Source: Octopus bimaculoides
Lineage: Eukaryota
DNA: 64,000 bases
Direction: 5' to 3'
Assembly (NCBI RefSeq): GCF_001194135.2
Contig: NC_069005.1
Location: 22,512,656-22,576,655 of the forward strand
Part shown: in pieces, positions 37,561 through 52,419 of the stretch
Layout: every line of letters begins with the position of its first letter
How positions within the stretch are numbered: position 1 is the first letter of the stretch
Position numbers and translations under genes: made by a program
The notes under the pieces: generated by a model
The model's database searches: none
Seen by the model: the letters and a program-made list of their open reading frames with translations, nothing else
What the model was told of the DNA's origin: nothing

Positions 37561-39992
37561 TTTAAGATTACTATGAGTTAATGTAACACTTGGCTATTAT
37601 ATATACACTGCTCCCTCCTACAATTCACAATGTAGACTGTAATTCCTCCAGTAGTATTGGAACTAATGTTGGCCACTACTTGGACAAATAGGATATTTTC
37701 TCTTGGCAACTGGATATAACCTTATTTGTTCTATTTCTTTTGGGAGGGGAGAGAGAGTAGGGGTTAATTGGAGGAAGGGGCACAGTATCCATGGCCTTTT
37801 GCGAAAGGGAGAAAGAAAGGATGAAATCAAGATTCATGGATTATCCACAGACCAAAGATCAACCTCTTTAAAGCATCAAAGATATAAAAAAGGAAAGTTT
37901 AAGTCTACCACCAAAAAACAGAGAGAGAGGCTATCAGATAGGTGCCTGCATAGTTCCTGGCAAACTTGACCTACTGGAAATAGTGACCAAATTTTCTTCA
38001 AAAATTATATACTCTACATTAGACAATGTAATCCCTGCAGTAGAAAAAGATAGGAGGGACAAAGCTGGAATATCATAAATCTTCCCAATCGGGGTTGACC
38101 TACAACTAAAAAAAAACAACCACAGCTTACCAACTACACCTGTATTGCTTTACCATGACCTAAAGTATGATACCTGTGTGTTGTCACTCCTTCAGTTTTT
38201 ATTACACTAGACAAACATGTATGCTAACCCCTCTACAATATCACACAGACACCCAAACTAATATATACAAAAACTAAGTATTATGAAGTCTAAGAGCAAA
38301 AAATAGCAAAGAAACTAAATATATAGTGGAGACAATAGTTTCTAAGGAGACAACCCATCCAGGTATTTCATATATATTAAAGGAGAGACTAAACAAAATG
38401 AAGCAAACAAATATGCAAAGGAATGTTATGAATGTAGGTCATTTGGTTTTCCTGATATTAACTAACAATTTACTGCATGTTTTTATCATATTAATCTGAC
38501 CCAACAGAATTTATAATCAAAGGTGTTCCAACTGTGACTGCCCAATGCTTTATTCAGATATAGTGTATCTCACACTACATTATCCAATCTGTCATTTTTT
38601 CTGTTTTTTTCTTTTTTTTTCTTCTTTTTTTTCTTTTAGATAGTAGTGTAAATCTCAGATAGATTTAGCGTATTTCCAGAAATGACCATTTCAAAAGAAA
38701 TAAACTCAATTAGATACATAAGCCTTCTATATTGGAATATAAAATATAATTGAAAGTAACTTGAAATAAAAATTGTATCATAAATGACTGAAAAGTTTGT
38801 CCTTATAAAATTCATTGAAGAAACATCACATCTATAGAAGAGAGGTTAAATTAAAAAAAAAAATCCAAATCCAAAATTTTCTAAGAAAATTGCTTCATCA
38901 AATAGATCCATCTTTGTAGGAGTTCTTAAACCTGACTTGATTATTTTGCTGTGCAGTAAGCAAATTCTAACACAAGGTCCTATCCTTGTTGTGATGTGAT
39001 GGCTTGTGTGCATCAGTGACCCTGAGAGCTGCGCCAGCAGAACATGAGCTCCCAGTAGAGCTTCCCATCTTGTACAGGTCAAAGGGTAAAAATGTGGTTT
39101 AAAAAAAAGAGGTAAAAATGTGGTTAAAAAAAAAAAGAGGTAAAAATGCGTTTTGTAGGGTCAACATCCCTACCTAGAAAGAAAAAAAAGCAACATTACA
39201 GAAGCATTGATTACAATTCAAAACTGGGAGAAGACAAAAAGACAGCCCAGAACCAAAAACTTTGGAGAAAGATCATTGATGGCCAATGTTCCATATGGGG
39301 GCAAAAGAGCTGAAGTAAGTAAGCAGTCATGTTGAAACCTGGAAATTTAAACACATTATATTGTTTCCACGTTTTGGCACAAGGCCAGCAATTTCGGGAG
39401 AGGGACAGGTTGATTAGATCAACCCCAGTGCTCAACTGAGACTTGTTTTATTGATCCTGAAAGGATAAAAAGCAAAGCTGACATCAGCAAAATTTGAACT
39501 CAGAACAAAAATACGGATGAAATGCCACTAACAATTCTGCCAGCTTACCACCTTCTTTTAAACACATTATATTAAAATTTGCATTTGATCAGAGTGGGAG
39601 TCAGTAAATTTTCACCGAGTTGAACCCAATAACTGCTTTCAACTTTGATTCAACAACTCCATTTCCACAGCCCCTGGTCGAAATGGTTAATCAAAGTTCT
39701 AACTTCAATCAGCAAATGTGAAAAATCTATGATAAAAATATCCTAACCTCATGACAATTTTGCAACATTTCAGTGTTATGCAACAAACAAAATTGGAAAG
39801 CACCAACATAGAGGTGCCCTCTATGGCACTTTTGTTTTTAGCACTTTGTTTTTTTGCAACTGTTTTTTTTTTTTTTTTTTTTTTTTTCATTCTACTGGTA
39901 TAATTTTCAACTTTATCATGGCTTTGGAAAGAACATCTGATAAAATGTCATCTTGAAACCAGTGTGTGTGTGTGTGTGTGTGTGAAAAAGAG

Positions 39993-40135
39993 AGAGAGAG
40001 ACAAGGAGGGAGAGAGAGACAAGGAGGGAGAGAGAGACAAGGAGGGAGAGAGAGACAAGGAGGGAGAGAGAGACAAGGAGGGAGAGAGAGACAAGGAGGG
40101 AGAGAGAGACAAGGAGGGAGAGAGAGAGAGAGAGA
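39993..40135. repeat. 18-bp minisatellite GAGAGAGAGACAAGGAGG, about 7 copies
   Basis: Directly visible. It gives the ERQGGR and SLPPCL repeat ORFs. Confidence 0.95.
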
Positions 40136-40839
40136 TAACATGATACATAATAAACTATGTATAAGTCATGTTTGAAGTACAGGCAGTGCTGGCTGACCAA
40201 GTTACTCTCAGCTGACACACCCTCATATGCTATATTGATTCCTGTAATACCAGATCAGTGTACTGAGGGTAGAAAGAGAAATTATTGCTAAATTAAGCAA
40301 CATAGTACCACCATTCAATGCCACAGAGCCACTGTGATCATCCCCCCACACACACACACACATACATACATACATACATACATACATACATACATACACA
40401 AACATGCTCTCGCACTCTCTCTCTCTCCCTCCCTAACACATACACTCAAACTCACACTTTCATACATACTCTCACACACCCACGCTTATACTCACCCACA
40501 ATCTCTCTATCCTCCCCTCTCCCTCTCTCTAACACATACTCATACAGACACACTCACACACAATTTCTCTCTCTCTCTCTCCCCTGTTGGTAAATTGCCA
40601 AACAGAACTTGATAGACATTATTATGAAATTGGAATGATGGAATAAAAGTTCTTCTGGAAGAAGAGAGGAGGAGTAGTGGTAGGTAGCTTTGTAAGGGAA
40701 AGAGTGGGATGATATGGAAGTTCAAAAAGTCTAGGTCTGTTTTCCTCGTTATCACTGAAATAACAATTAAATATCTTCTAATGCCCACCAACATAAAAAA
40801 ATACCACACATACAACTACACAAATTAACATGGATATAC

Positions 40840-40872
<33 letters not shown>

Positions 40873-41984
40873 ACACACACAAATATATGACAGCCTACAC
40901 AAACAAACATATACACACGCAAACATATAACTACACAATTTTGCTGTAAAATAGTTTAGTTACAAATGAAAATTGCTTTGCCAGTCTTCATGTCAAACAC
41001 ACATACTCACACAATCTCAATAAAATGCACCCAGTCCACTGTAGTTGGTGACAGAAAGAGTATCCAGCCACAAATTGTACCAAAAACATGAAAATATAAC
41101 ATATACAAGTGTTGGTTTCTCTTTTTGTTGCGTGCCAATTGACAAAAAGAGCATAACTAATATACATTACCACCATCCCTACCATCCAATGTCCACTTTT
41201 ACATACTTGTAGGGGTCAAATTGAACCTGTTGAGTCAGAGTTTTTATAGTTGGATACATACCCTTCTTGTTGCCAGCCCTCACCTGCTTCCAAGCAAAGA
41301 ATTTTTTGCATAGCTAGACATGTTTTTCATGGAAAACTGGAAAAGAACAACCTTGCTTTTATGATGATGATCATCATCATCCTTTACAGTCATCAGGTGA
41401 TATTTAGACAAGAGTACAGACACACAGACACACACACAGAGGGAGCTTCCTTCAGTTTCCATTCTCATTGCAAAGCAAGCTTCTTAATCACACAGCCATC
41501 CCTGTGCTTATTATGTTTATTGCATTAAATTTCTCAAATAGACATGATAAATATTTGAAGATAATTTGTCAGTCCACTCAGTTTAACCCTGGACTTAACT
41601 GTTGCTCTTAGTCATTAAATTACTTCAATAAAATCATGAACAAGTTTCAATTATACTTCCACAGTCTAAACTCACTTTCACCTTACAACATTACCTTCTT
41701 CCTTGTAACCAACACTATTGTTGTTGCTTAGCACAGGGTCAGTCCTGGTCAAGCAAAGCTTTTATAATCAAAAGGTACTCCACCTGTGACCAGGCAGTCA
41801 TTCTGTAGATCAGGAGAATTATATTACCCAATGTATTCAAGCAGGAAGATTTGATTTGAAAGAGATTTGTTTGTTATTTCTATCACTTGCAGACATACTC
41901 TTATTGGCTTGCCATTTGCTCACCACTTGGCTTACCTAAAAGGAACTCCTCCAAGCAGCCAATAGAATCCTTGTCTACAACATC

Positions 41985-42180
41985 ACTGACATAGAATATA
42001 CCTTCCTGGTATGGATATCATACAACTAACACCATTTCCTAATATGGACATCATACAACTGACAGTCCACTAAGTATATATAACCATTACATACCAAACA
42101 GCTGATACTCCACTCCTGGCATGAACACCATATAATACTCCACTTTAAGTAAAGACACCATACAACCTGGCATAGCAAGG
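41985..42180. repeat. Degenerate minisatellite of about 35 bp
   Basis: Recurring GGA(C/T)A(C/T)CATACAACT...CCACT..T motif, about 5 units. Confidence 0.55.
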
Positions 42181-42327
42181 AGTGTTTGGGTTGTTGTTTT
42201 TTTTTTCTTTTAATTAAAACTGACCAACATTGGGAATGACCACCTCAGAGGTGATCAGAACCAGGAGAGACTGTTTTGCTGGGCACTGCTACTGGGCCTG
42301 GAACGAATGCATTAGGGAAATGTTGAA

Positions 42328-42657
42328 GGCACATGGCTCAATGGTTAGAGCATTGGGCTCACAATTGTGAGGTTTTGTTCAATTCCTGGACTAGGCTGTG
42401 TTGTGTTCTTGAGCAAAACATTTTATTTCTGCTCACTCAGTTGTAGAAATGATTTGCAACGTCACTGGTGCCAAGTTTTATCAACCTTTGCTTTTCCCTT
42501 GATAACATTGGTGGTGTGGAGATGGGAGGCTGGTATGCATGGACGACAGCTGGTCTTCCATAAACAACCTTGTCCAGAATTGTGCCTTGGAGGGAAACTT
42601 GCTAGGTGCAATCTCATGGTCAATCATGACCGAAAGGGGTCTTTATCCTTTACTCTA
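42328..42657 (+). mobile_element. tRNA-derived SINE (family with A box TGGCTCAATGG and B box GTTCAATTCC)
   Basis: The tRNA-like head GGCACATGGCTCAATGGTTAGAGCATTGGGCTCACAATTGTGAGGTTTTGTTCAATTCCTGG is followed by a non-tRNA body. Confidence 0.7.
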
Positions 42658-44049
42658 GGGACAAACGCATGGCCCACAGGAGCAGAGATTGACTGGTTAC
42701 AACATATGTTGACAGACTAGTTCCAGAGTAGAAATCAACAATGGAGGACAGAGACTATTGGAGGAACATCTGTGCAGATTGAAGAAACTCAATTTAACCA
42801 ACATTAGGAATAAAATCACTTTTGACATTACCAATAAACTCTTAATATCCTAAAGTGATGGTTATTGTTGTTGTGTAGCTACAGGTCAACTCTGGTTCAA
42901 CAAACCAAGGGTCAATGCCATTCACTCAAGCCTTGATCAACCCATTTTTCTCTCCAAACTACATTATTGTTATTGCTTAGACCACAGGTCAGCTCTTGAT
43001 CCAGTAAATTTATGATCAAAAGTTGTTAAGCTTTGACACTTCTAGTTTTATTTTTAAGGACAAGATTATCCAATGTGACCAAACCCCACCTCCACCCTGC
43101 CGCCCACCTTTTTTTTTTTCTTTTTAGGATTTGGATCATGGAGACTTGCTCGTTATTTCTAGCAGACAGTGATGAGGTACAGGCTCCTTACTGACTTCAA
43201 GAAGGTTGTGTCTAAAAGTGTTTCACTTTACTTAATAAAAAGAAAATAAAGAATTTTCAAGCCACCCAGTGCCTCACCTCTGGGTATTAATTAGAATATA
43301 AACTGGTGGGCTAAACTAATTACATATTCAAAGAATATAGAAATTAATATCTTGGGGCAAAAGATAAACTGCCTGAAAATGTAATTACTGAATCAACAAG
43401 AGGTCATATACACATCAATAGGGAGTTTCAACTTAAATATGTATCAATTTGTATTTTAATGTTGCACTAAGTGCCACTGGACAAGTATAAACCCTTGTGG
43501 AGTAAAATCCGTATTGTCATTTCAATTCCCAGTAGAATCTACATTGCTTCACTCACTCTTTCGATGATTTCAGTCAATGGATTGTGGCCATGCTACAGCA
43601 CCATCTTAAAAGGTTTACAGTTGATAATAGTAACTACTTGCCAACACAAAACTTATAAACTTGTACATATTTTCTGACCCTGGAAGGAATGACAAGTCAA
43701 AATGGATTTCAGTGAGATTTGAACTTACAATGTAAAAGGATGTAACCAAATGCCATACAACATTTTGTCTGATGCTCTGTTGATTCTACCCTCCACCACA
43801 CCACCTCTATCAGTCATGAGCATTACTGGTCAGGTAGCAGCAGAAATAGTAGGAGTGGTGGTCATAATGGCACTGTGCCAACAAATTTCAAGAGCTACTT
43901 TGTTGCTTGACCTGCTAGAAATAACAGTTAAATCCCTCAAATCACACATTACCATCCTTAAAAATGAGAGAACCCATTGAACAATGTAGTCCTAGATATA
44001 CAAAAAAGACAGAATGTTTACAGCTGAATGAGATTATCAAAGGCATACT

Positions 44050-44430
44050 TAACTCTGCAAGACCATAAAACAATACCAGAACCGTGTCCTGTAGAGGGTG
44101 CTGACAAAAACCACTTTAAAATTAAGTATCCAAGGCAGATACATGTAGAAGGAAAATCCTATTTAAAAGCTTTCTGCACAGAAAACACAAGAGAGCAAAA
44201 GCAACAACAAATCATGGAGGTTTTCAGTCCCAAGACAACAACATTCCCCATTATTAGGAACAAAATACAAAACCCTAGAACCTCATCTTCCAGTCACACC
44301 AAGTGGAGACAAGAAGAGTTATAACAACAACAACAGCTAATAATAAAACATAAGAGAATTCCTCCTCACATCAGTACCACACCATCCACTCCTGAAGATG
44401 GTGACCAGATGGTGCCTGAGGATAAACTGA
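44050..44430 (+). mobile_element. Decayed Penelope-like 3' region (GIY-YIG-like) ending in a degraded CTGAAGA motif
   Basis: EPCPVEG...GKSY resembles the CP..G.C..IYKA...K.YIG region of the PLE endonuclease. CCTGAAGATGGTGACCAGATGG lies at 44391-44412. Confidence 0.4.
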
Positions 44431-45079
44431 CTTCTTCAGAAAACAAGCTACAAAAATGCAAAGTTGGAGTACACCTATAAAGAGGAGACACTCTCTACTA
44501 AATAAATACTCTTATATTATGAAGAAGAGCCAATATCTTGAGGGAGAACCAACCTTCTCTCTAAATGAAATTAAATTCACAGCCCTTTGCAAGGCTTACA
44601 AAGCTTTATCAAGACACTTATACAACATAAAATAAGAAAACTTCCAGATGAACAATGAATCAAGAAAGAAATGGGTTTGCATTTGAAACTTACAATATTT
44701 GTACAAACTTTGGATATATTGTACAAAATGTTATACTTTATCAATTCAGAAGACATGGTCCTTCAGTTGCCCACTATAACTCAAGAGCCCTTCACATAAG
44801 ATTTTTATGTCCCCAACCATGACAAAAGTGGAGTAGAAGGTGAAGTTAATCAATGCAAGTGACTATTTAATTTCTAAAAATCTTGTTTTAATTATTCCAC
44901 TTTATTGTATTTTCATTTGTTTCAAGTACATATTTGTCTTTCATAAATTTTTAATTCGTTCAATTACTAAGTCTTTCATGCCACTCATCTTTGTATGAGC
45001 CGTCCATCCCAATCCACACATCTTTGTAATATTTCTTTGTATATTTCCATATCTCTCTGCACCCCCTTATTATTATTAT

Positions 45080-45900
<821 letters not shown>

Positions 45901-46189
45901 ATTATTATTATTAAAGTATCTCTTACACAAGTGGGATAAAGGGAGTTGTTTGAGAATCATGTTTCTATCCCCAGGAATATCAATAAATGGAAGTGAGCTG
46001 GAAAGCAACTGAAGAAATGTGGAACCACACTTTCTACTCTCCATAGTAGTTAACAACAACAACAACTACAACAACATAAATTCATTAAACTCCTAATTTC
46101 ACTCATTACTACACACAGAAGACATCCTAAACCCACACCTCCTTTTCTTCTCTCACACACAATATGCTTCTCTCTCTCTCTCTCTCTCT

Positions 46190-46221
<32 letters not shown>

Positions 46222-46434
46222 AATACATGGTCTGTCTCTCTTCCCCCCTCTCTCTCTTTCTTTCCTGAGGACATTTACAATATAAAGTGGTTTAAAATGA
46301 CATATTTCAGAGCAACTAGAAATTAAATATAAAAAAATGAAATAAATCCTCAGAAATTTTGAGTATTTTGGTGGTTTCATATTTACTTCCCTCTTAACAT
46401 TTGTTTATACACAGGTGTGAACATATATCATCAT

Positions 46435-46752
46435 CATCATCATCATCGTTTAACGTCCGCTTTCCATGCTAGCATGGGTTGGACGATTTGACTGAGGACT
46501 GGTGAAACCGGATGGCAACACCAGGCTCCAGTCTGATTTGGCAGAGTTTCTACAGCTGGATGCCCTTCCTAACGCCAACCACTCAGAGAGTGTAGTGGGT
46601 GCTTTTACGTGTCACCCGCACGAAAACGGCCACGCTCGAAATGGTGTCTTTTATGTGCCACCCGCACAAGCCAGTCCAGGGGCACTGGCAACGATCTCGC
46701 TCGAAAATCCTACAGGAGCCAGTCAGGCGGTACTGGCAACGGCCACGCTCAT
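46435..46752 (-). mobile_element. Young RTE LINE 3' UTR copy
   Basis: Near-identical in reverse to 57488-58020, with many CpGs retained. Confidence 0.85.
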
Positions 46753-47384
46753 ACATGAATATATATAAATATTACACACACATATGTGAATATATTATAT
46801 ATGTATATCTAGACACATATGCATGTGAACATTTACTTATACACTTTATGGTTAAATATGTAGATATATGTAAGCTATTAATAATCATAAGCACATTTTC
46901 ACACATCAACTTCTTCTTCCCTTACACATTTAAATAAATAGGTTATCTATTTTAATTCTGTAGTATTCATACCTGCCTAACTCGTGGCACATTACTGTAT
47001 TAATCCCACGGTGGCACACAGTTGGGTTAACCTGAGGCGCACTGCTGAGTAAAGTGTGAACTCATTAGTTTCAGAAGAAGGAAAAAAATGTTCTAAACAA
47101 AACAAATCCTAATTTATACAAGAATCCATTGGGAGTAACAGTTAAACGCAGCCAGTCAGAGTTGTTATCTCATCAAGAAGTGACAAGGATAATGGTGGGT
47201 TTGGTGGTGGTGGTGGTGGCTGTGGTGATGGTGGTGATGGTGGTGATGTATAAGGAAGAAAATCGGTCAAGAAAGCAACTAAACATAGCCAAGCTTCTGC
47301 ATTCGTTTTGCAGAAAGAAAAAGAGGTAAAAAAAGAAAAGGAACGAAACATAGCTGGAGAGAGAAAAATAAAGTAAATAGCAAG

Positions 47385-47420
<36 letters not shown>

Positions 47421-47759
47421 TTATGTGTGTATACACAGGTATGGTGGTGATGCAACAGGAAAAACTGAACACTCAAAATATGAGTATATTTTATTACATT
47501 ATCATAATTTAACATCTGCTTTCCATGCTGGCATGGGTTGGATGGTTTGACTTGAGTCACTGTTGCTTCTGATAAATATTAATAAAAAAAAATATGTATA
47601 TATGTATACACACACACACAGCCATAGAAACGAAGCCAAAACAAACTATGGTACTTGGTGCAGATGCCAACCTTGCCAGTTCCTGTCAAGCCGTCCAACC
47701 CATCCCAGCATGGAAAACAGACATTAAATGATAATGAAGAGAGAGAGAGAGAAAGGGGG

Positions 47760-47795
<36 letters not shown>

Positions 47796-49275
47796 TAGAG
47801 AGAGAAANNNNNNNNNNNNNNNNNNNNNNNNNNNNNNNNNNNNNNNNNNNNNNNNNNNNNNNNNNNNNNNNNNNNNNNNNNNNNNNNNNNNNNNNNNNNN
47901 NNNNNNNNNNNNNNNNNNNNNNNNNNNNNNNNNNNNNNNNNNNNNNNNNNNNNNNNNNNNNNNNNNNNNNNNNNNNNNNNTATATATATATATATATATA
48001 TTCATGTGCACACACACACATTCACAGAAGGAGAGAGAGAGAGAGAAAAGAATAGAGAAAAGGATAGAGTGTGAGAGACAAGTTACTAATTTTCTACTTT
48101 TCAAAATACAGAACCATTTATTGTTCAGTGTTCCATCTGTTGTAAAGAGGTTTTGTAGAGAAAGGACTTTTTCTAAGAAAAATAAACTGGTTTGTGATCT
48201 ACAGGAAGGAACATTTTACATTCAAATACTTCATCACCATCGCAACACACACCAGCTTCAGTAATTCCCCCTCCTCCACTACGATGACAATGAAGATAGT
48301 GGTGGTGGTGATGATGGTGGTGGTGATGATGATGATGATGATGATGATGATGCAGAATGGCTATGACATGACAATGCAAGGTGCAGCTACATTATCATTG
48401 TTTGTGGGAGGAGTGTATGAATGTGAAAATACTGTGTAATTTACTATGAAGGCAGCTCTCACACCTCTCTCATGCTCTCTCTCCCCCCCTCTCACATTAC
48501 ATGCAATGCAATGAGTCAGCAGTACAGTTGTCACTTGTATATCAGAGGACAGAGGGGGGGGGGGAACAAGGAGAGAGAGAGAGTAAAATAGAAGATCTTG
48601 GGCCAGCAATAACACTTTATAAGCCATGGTCAAATACAGTACACATGGATCAGGTAATGGACAAACTTGCTAACAGATCAGGGTTTCAAATCCATTGCAA
48701 GCAATTTCATATTTCTGGCTAAGTTATCAGCATCGTACATCCATTTTTCGATACTGGCAAATATTGGATAGGTTTTATAATGTCTCCTTTCATCATGTGA
48801 CACACGCAGCAACAAAGAAGAAAAAGCTTACAATCTTCGCTGTATATGTCCTTTATTAATTTTTTTTTTTCTTTAGACATTAGAAGGGAACAAGGATTTT
48901 ACATTTGGATGCCTTTCCTATCATCAACCACTTTACAGTATATGCTAGGCATATTTTATCATGCTCAGTCAATTGTGTCACTGACACTAGAGAGACTATT
49001 AATGGCAGGACTAGAGAGAATCCATCCCCTCTGCCCTGTACCTTTTTTTTTTTTTTTTCAGAGTTCTCTTAGGTTGCAATTGCTGTAGCCAACAAAGTTT
49101 CCCTTTTCTCCACTTGTACTTCCATTTTTTTTCTTTTGCAAGGCTTTATTTTTACAGCTAGATGTCCTTGCTATCACCAACTCCTTTTTTTTAGCAAAAA
49201 CTGAGTGAAATTTATCATCATCTCACTGGAACTATAGGAGCTGTCTATGAAAGGATTAGAGTAATCTCTCTCTCT

Positions 49276-49311
<36 letters not shown>

Positions 49312-49479
49312 CTCTCTCTCTTTTTACTCTTTATTAAATTTTTACTGTTACATTTAACATCAGCATGGACTCAGTGTATTTTATCATGCAATTACTATTT
49401 TACATTACCTTAGTTACTAACTCACAAGAATACCACCAGATAATCTAAGGAATATTTCCTGTGACAAACTATCAATCCA

Positions 49480-49830
49480 GACAAAGGGATAATAGCTAGC
49501 TCATCTACTTAAAACTTTTTGCAAACAACTTGCAGACGCAGGTGCTACTAGTCGAAAGCTCTGCACACTGAATGCTAGCAAGCTGATGGGGTCATCAGGA
49601 GAGAATGTATGCTATTTCGGGGATTTCCTCTCAATGGCATCATTGTGCACCGGCCCCGTTCACTGAAATGAGGCTCCGCTTGTTAGATCAACTGGTTACT
49701 AGGTTTCGCTCAATATCCCTCTAGCCATTGCTCATTATCACTTTTTAGCCAAATCCAGTGGCTTGCCTTCTCCACTGTAGTCTAGATGTCACTCGTGATG
49801 ATATTTTCTTTACAAAGAGTTAGCCTAGCA
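49480..49830 (-). mobile_element. 3' end of a HERO/CRE-like restriction-endonuclease non-LTR retrotransposon
   Basis: Minus-strand TVEKASHWIWLKSDNEQW* matches the AE.AS.WLWL.R...W terminus I recall for HERO-type ORFs. A CpG-containing 3' UTR follows, with the hairpin CTGATG-ACCC-CATCAG. Confidence 0.55.
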
Positions 49831-52096
49831 ACAATAGTTGCCTCACATTGTGTCCAATGAATCTTTTACATCCAACTATGATTAGAAAATGTTCTACTTT
49901 CCAGCCTAAGTCTTCACTGTGAAGCCACAACAAAACACAAATCCTTAAAAGGATCTGATATAGTGTCTACATACACACATATTACATCAGTTCTGTAGGT
50001 GCCAACAGTGGTTGCTAAACCTTCTATAAACACCAGCTAAACACCCCTCAAATCACACACTACCATTTTTCTTTTTTAAGAAAAAAGAACACATTAAATC
50101 AAGAGAACCAAGATACACTATGCCTGAAAAACAGAAATGGCAGTCATCACATCTGGAACATCTTTGACATATGGTATTTAGCAGATATAGGTATTAGATA
50201 TCAATAACTTCCGTGCTTCTTCACCCTGGTTATTGACATTCAATGTAACTAGTCACTGATACTGTCCATTATTAACTGTGATCGTTGATACCCTAATCCC
50301 AAACACCTAATCATTGATACTCTTCTGCAATGTATCAGGCCACCGATGCTCTGCTTCAGAGAAGAGGAACCAGTGGCCTTTTGAAGGACTAAGTACATCT
50401 TTCTGAAAGAAGTACAATGTTTGAAAGAAGCAGAATGACGATGTGGCCTTGTCAGATGGAGGTTAACTTCACTGTGGTCTTCCAACATAAAAAAGAAGGT
50501 TCCCTCACCTCTACTCCACTTCCTAAAATCTAGTCACTGATACTTCACTGATACTTCACTGTATATATTAGATTATATTCTATTCCAATCTCTAAGATTC
50601 CGCATCTTCCAGCTTTTTCACTTAGCTTGTCTGGAAAGGTAAGTAGATATAGGAGTACACATATATGTATGTCAGTGTGCTTTTTTTTCTTTACTTCATG
50701 CCTAAAGTAAACAGCCATGCTAGCAAAAACAGAGGGAAGGGCGTAGCTTAGTTCTCCAATGCAGATCATAATTAAATGCAAAAACACAGTATTAACAACA
50801 ATGAAGAAGTAGAAATGGTAAAGCGCCAAAATTAATCATTTCTTTCACTGTTTAGTTTAGTTTACACCTGAGGTATTTGTTCTGGCATTATACATTCTGA
50901 GTTCAAATCCTACAAAGGTCAACTTTCTCTCTCATCCGTCTGACGTTAACAAAATAAAGTACCAATCAAGTACCAGAGTTGATTTGACTCACCCCCTCCT
51001 TAGAAATTTGTGGCTTTGTGAATATGTTAGAAAGTATTATTAGTATTGTTGTTATTATTACTATCACCATGCACAATTCCTCACCAATACCTCTCTCTCC
51101 AATCACCACCACCACCACCACCAATGCATGTTGCCACTTCTTGCCAATTGGCAACTTGAGAGTTGAACAAAATGTTTAGCAGGTATTCCCTCTGGCTCTT
51201 TACATTCTGAGTTCAAATCCTGCCAAGGGAAACTTTGTCTTTCATCCTTTTGGAGTCAATAAAATAAACAGCTAGTCAAGTACTGGGCTCAATGTAGTCA
51301 ACTAACCCCCTTTTCCTAAATTTGCTGGCCTGGTGCCAAAATTTGAAACAATTATCTTTATGATGATAACTATTAACTTGATAATTTTTCTTCAGTTAAA
51401 ATATTTTTTAAAGTTTCAATTCTCTTGGATTAAAATGCTGCCTAAGTTGACAGGATAATAGTAAAATACAATTCAAATCCTGGAATATCTAGGTCCTGTT
51501 GATCTCTAAAGATCATGAGGGTACCTCAGGGCTACACCCTACAGAGGGAATGGAGAGGATGTAAATCAAGCTGGCAGTGTTGCAGAGTGGAAACATGTTT
51601 CAGAGTAAAATTAATTTGAAGGCCTTCTGCCCAAAGTTTGGAAAGTAAGGGAAAAAAAGAGGAGGAAGGTAAGTACAGACATAGCAACAGTAGGCCTACA
51701 CAGTGTAGTCCATAGCTGTAACTACTGTTTCCAGAGCACAAGCAGTGACAGCTCTGAGCATAGTTGGAGAGGACACAAAATTACCACACGTTCAGTGCCA
51801 CTGGCACTAAGGAGCCAGTGAGGTAGGGCATCAAGCTTTATGTAGCAGTTCTATAGTTCTACTCCACTGTCTGGTGAGAACAGAGAAAGGTGAAGACTGG
51901 AGGAAGGTGAGAATAAGACATTGAAAAAAAGGACAGAAATAGAATGAGTCCTGTATAAAGGTACACCCTCTTGGAATGCCTGAATTTGATGGTAATCCAA
52001 AAGGACAGTTACTAGAAACACTGAGAGAACAAAACAAAAATGCGCACTTTTGCAGAAAAAAATGGTGGGGAGAAAGACTGCCGAGAGACCCCAGAG

Positions 52097-52419
52097 CATT
52101 GGTTCTCAACCTTTCTTAGCTATGGCTGCCACTTTGATTACTATTTAATTCTGGTAGACCCCCATAACTGTTTGATGTTTACAAACTAGTTTTATAAATA
52201 CTTCTTTCAAAATACTTATTTTGTTCATCACACATTCACTTCTATAAGTTGAACAATGTAAAACATTAGAGAGGGAAACTTAGCTGTTTATAAATATATA
52301 TATACATCCATAGTAACATTTTTTTCATGCACCCTTAAAATAATACTGCAGACCCAATTTACTATTCTACTAACACGGACCCCAAAAAACCTTGTATGGA
52401 CCCCAGTTGAGGACCATTG
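52097..52419. mobile_element. hAT (Charlie-like) MITE
   Basis: TIRs CATTGGTTCTCAAC / GTTGAGGACCATTG. The 8-bp TSDs CCCCAGAG (52089-52096) and CCCTAGAG (52420-52427) differ at one base. Confidence 0.85.

Noticed and set aside
49590-49640. Possible type II hammerhead (GAAA ... CTGATGA on -) in the HERO-like 3' UTR
   Set aside because: Stems I and II cannot form, and CTGATG is sequestered in a simple hairpin with CATCAG.
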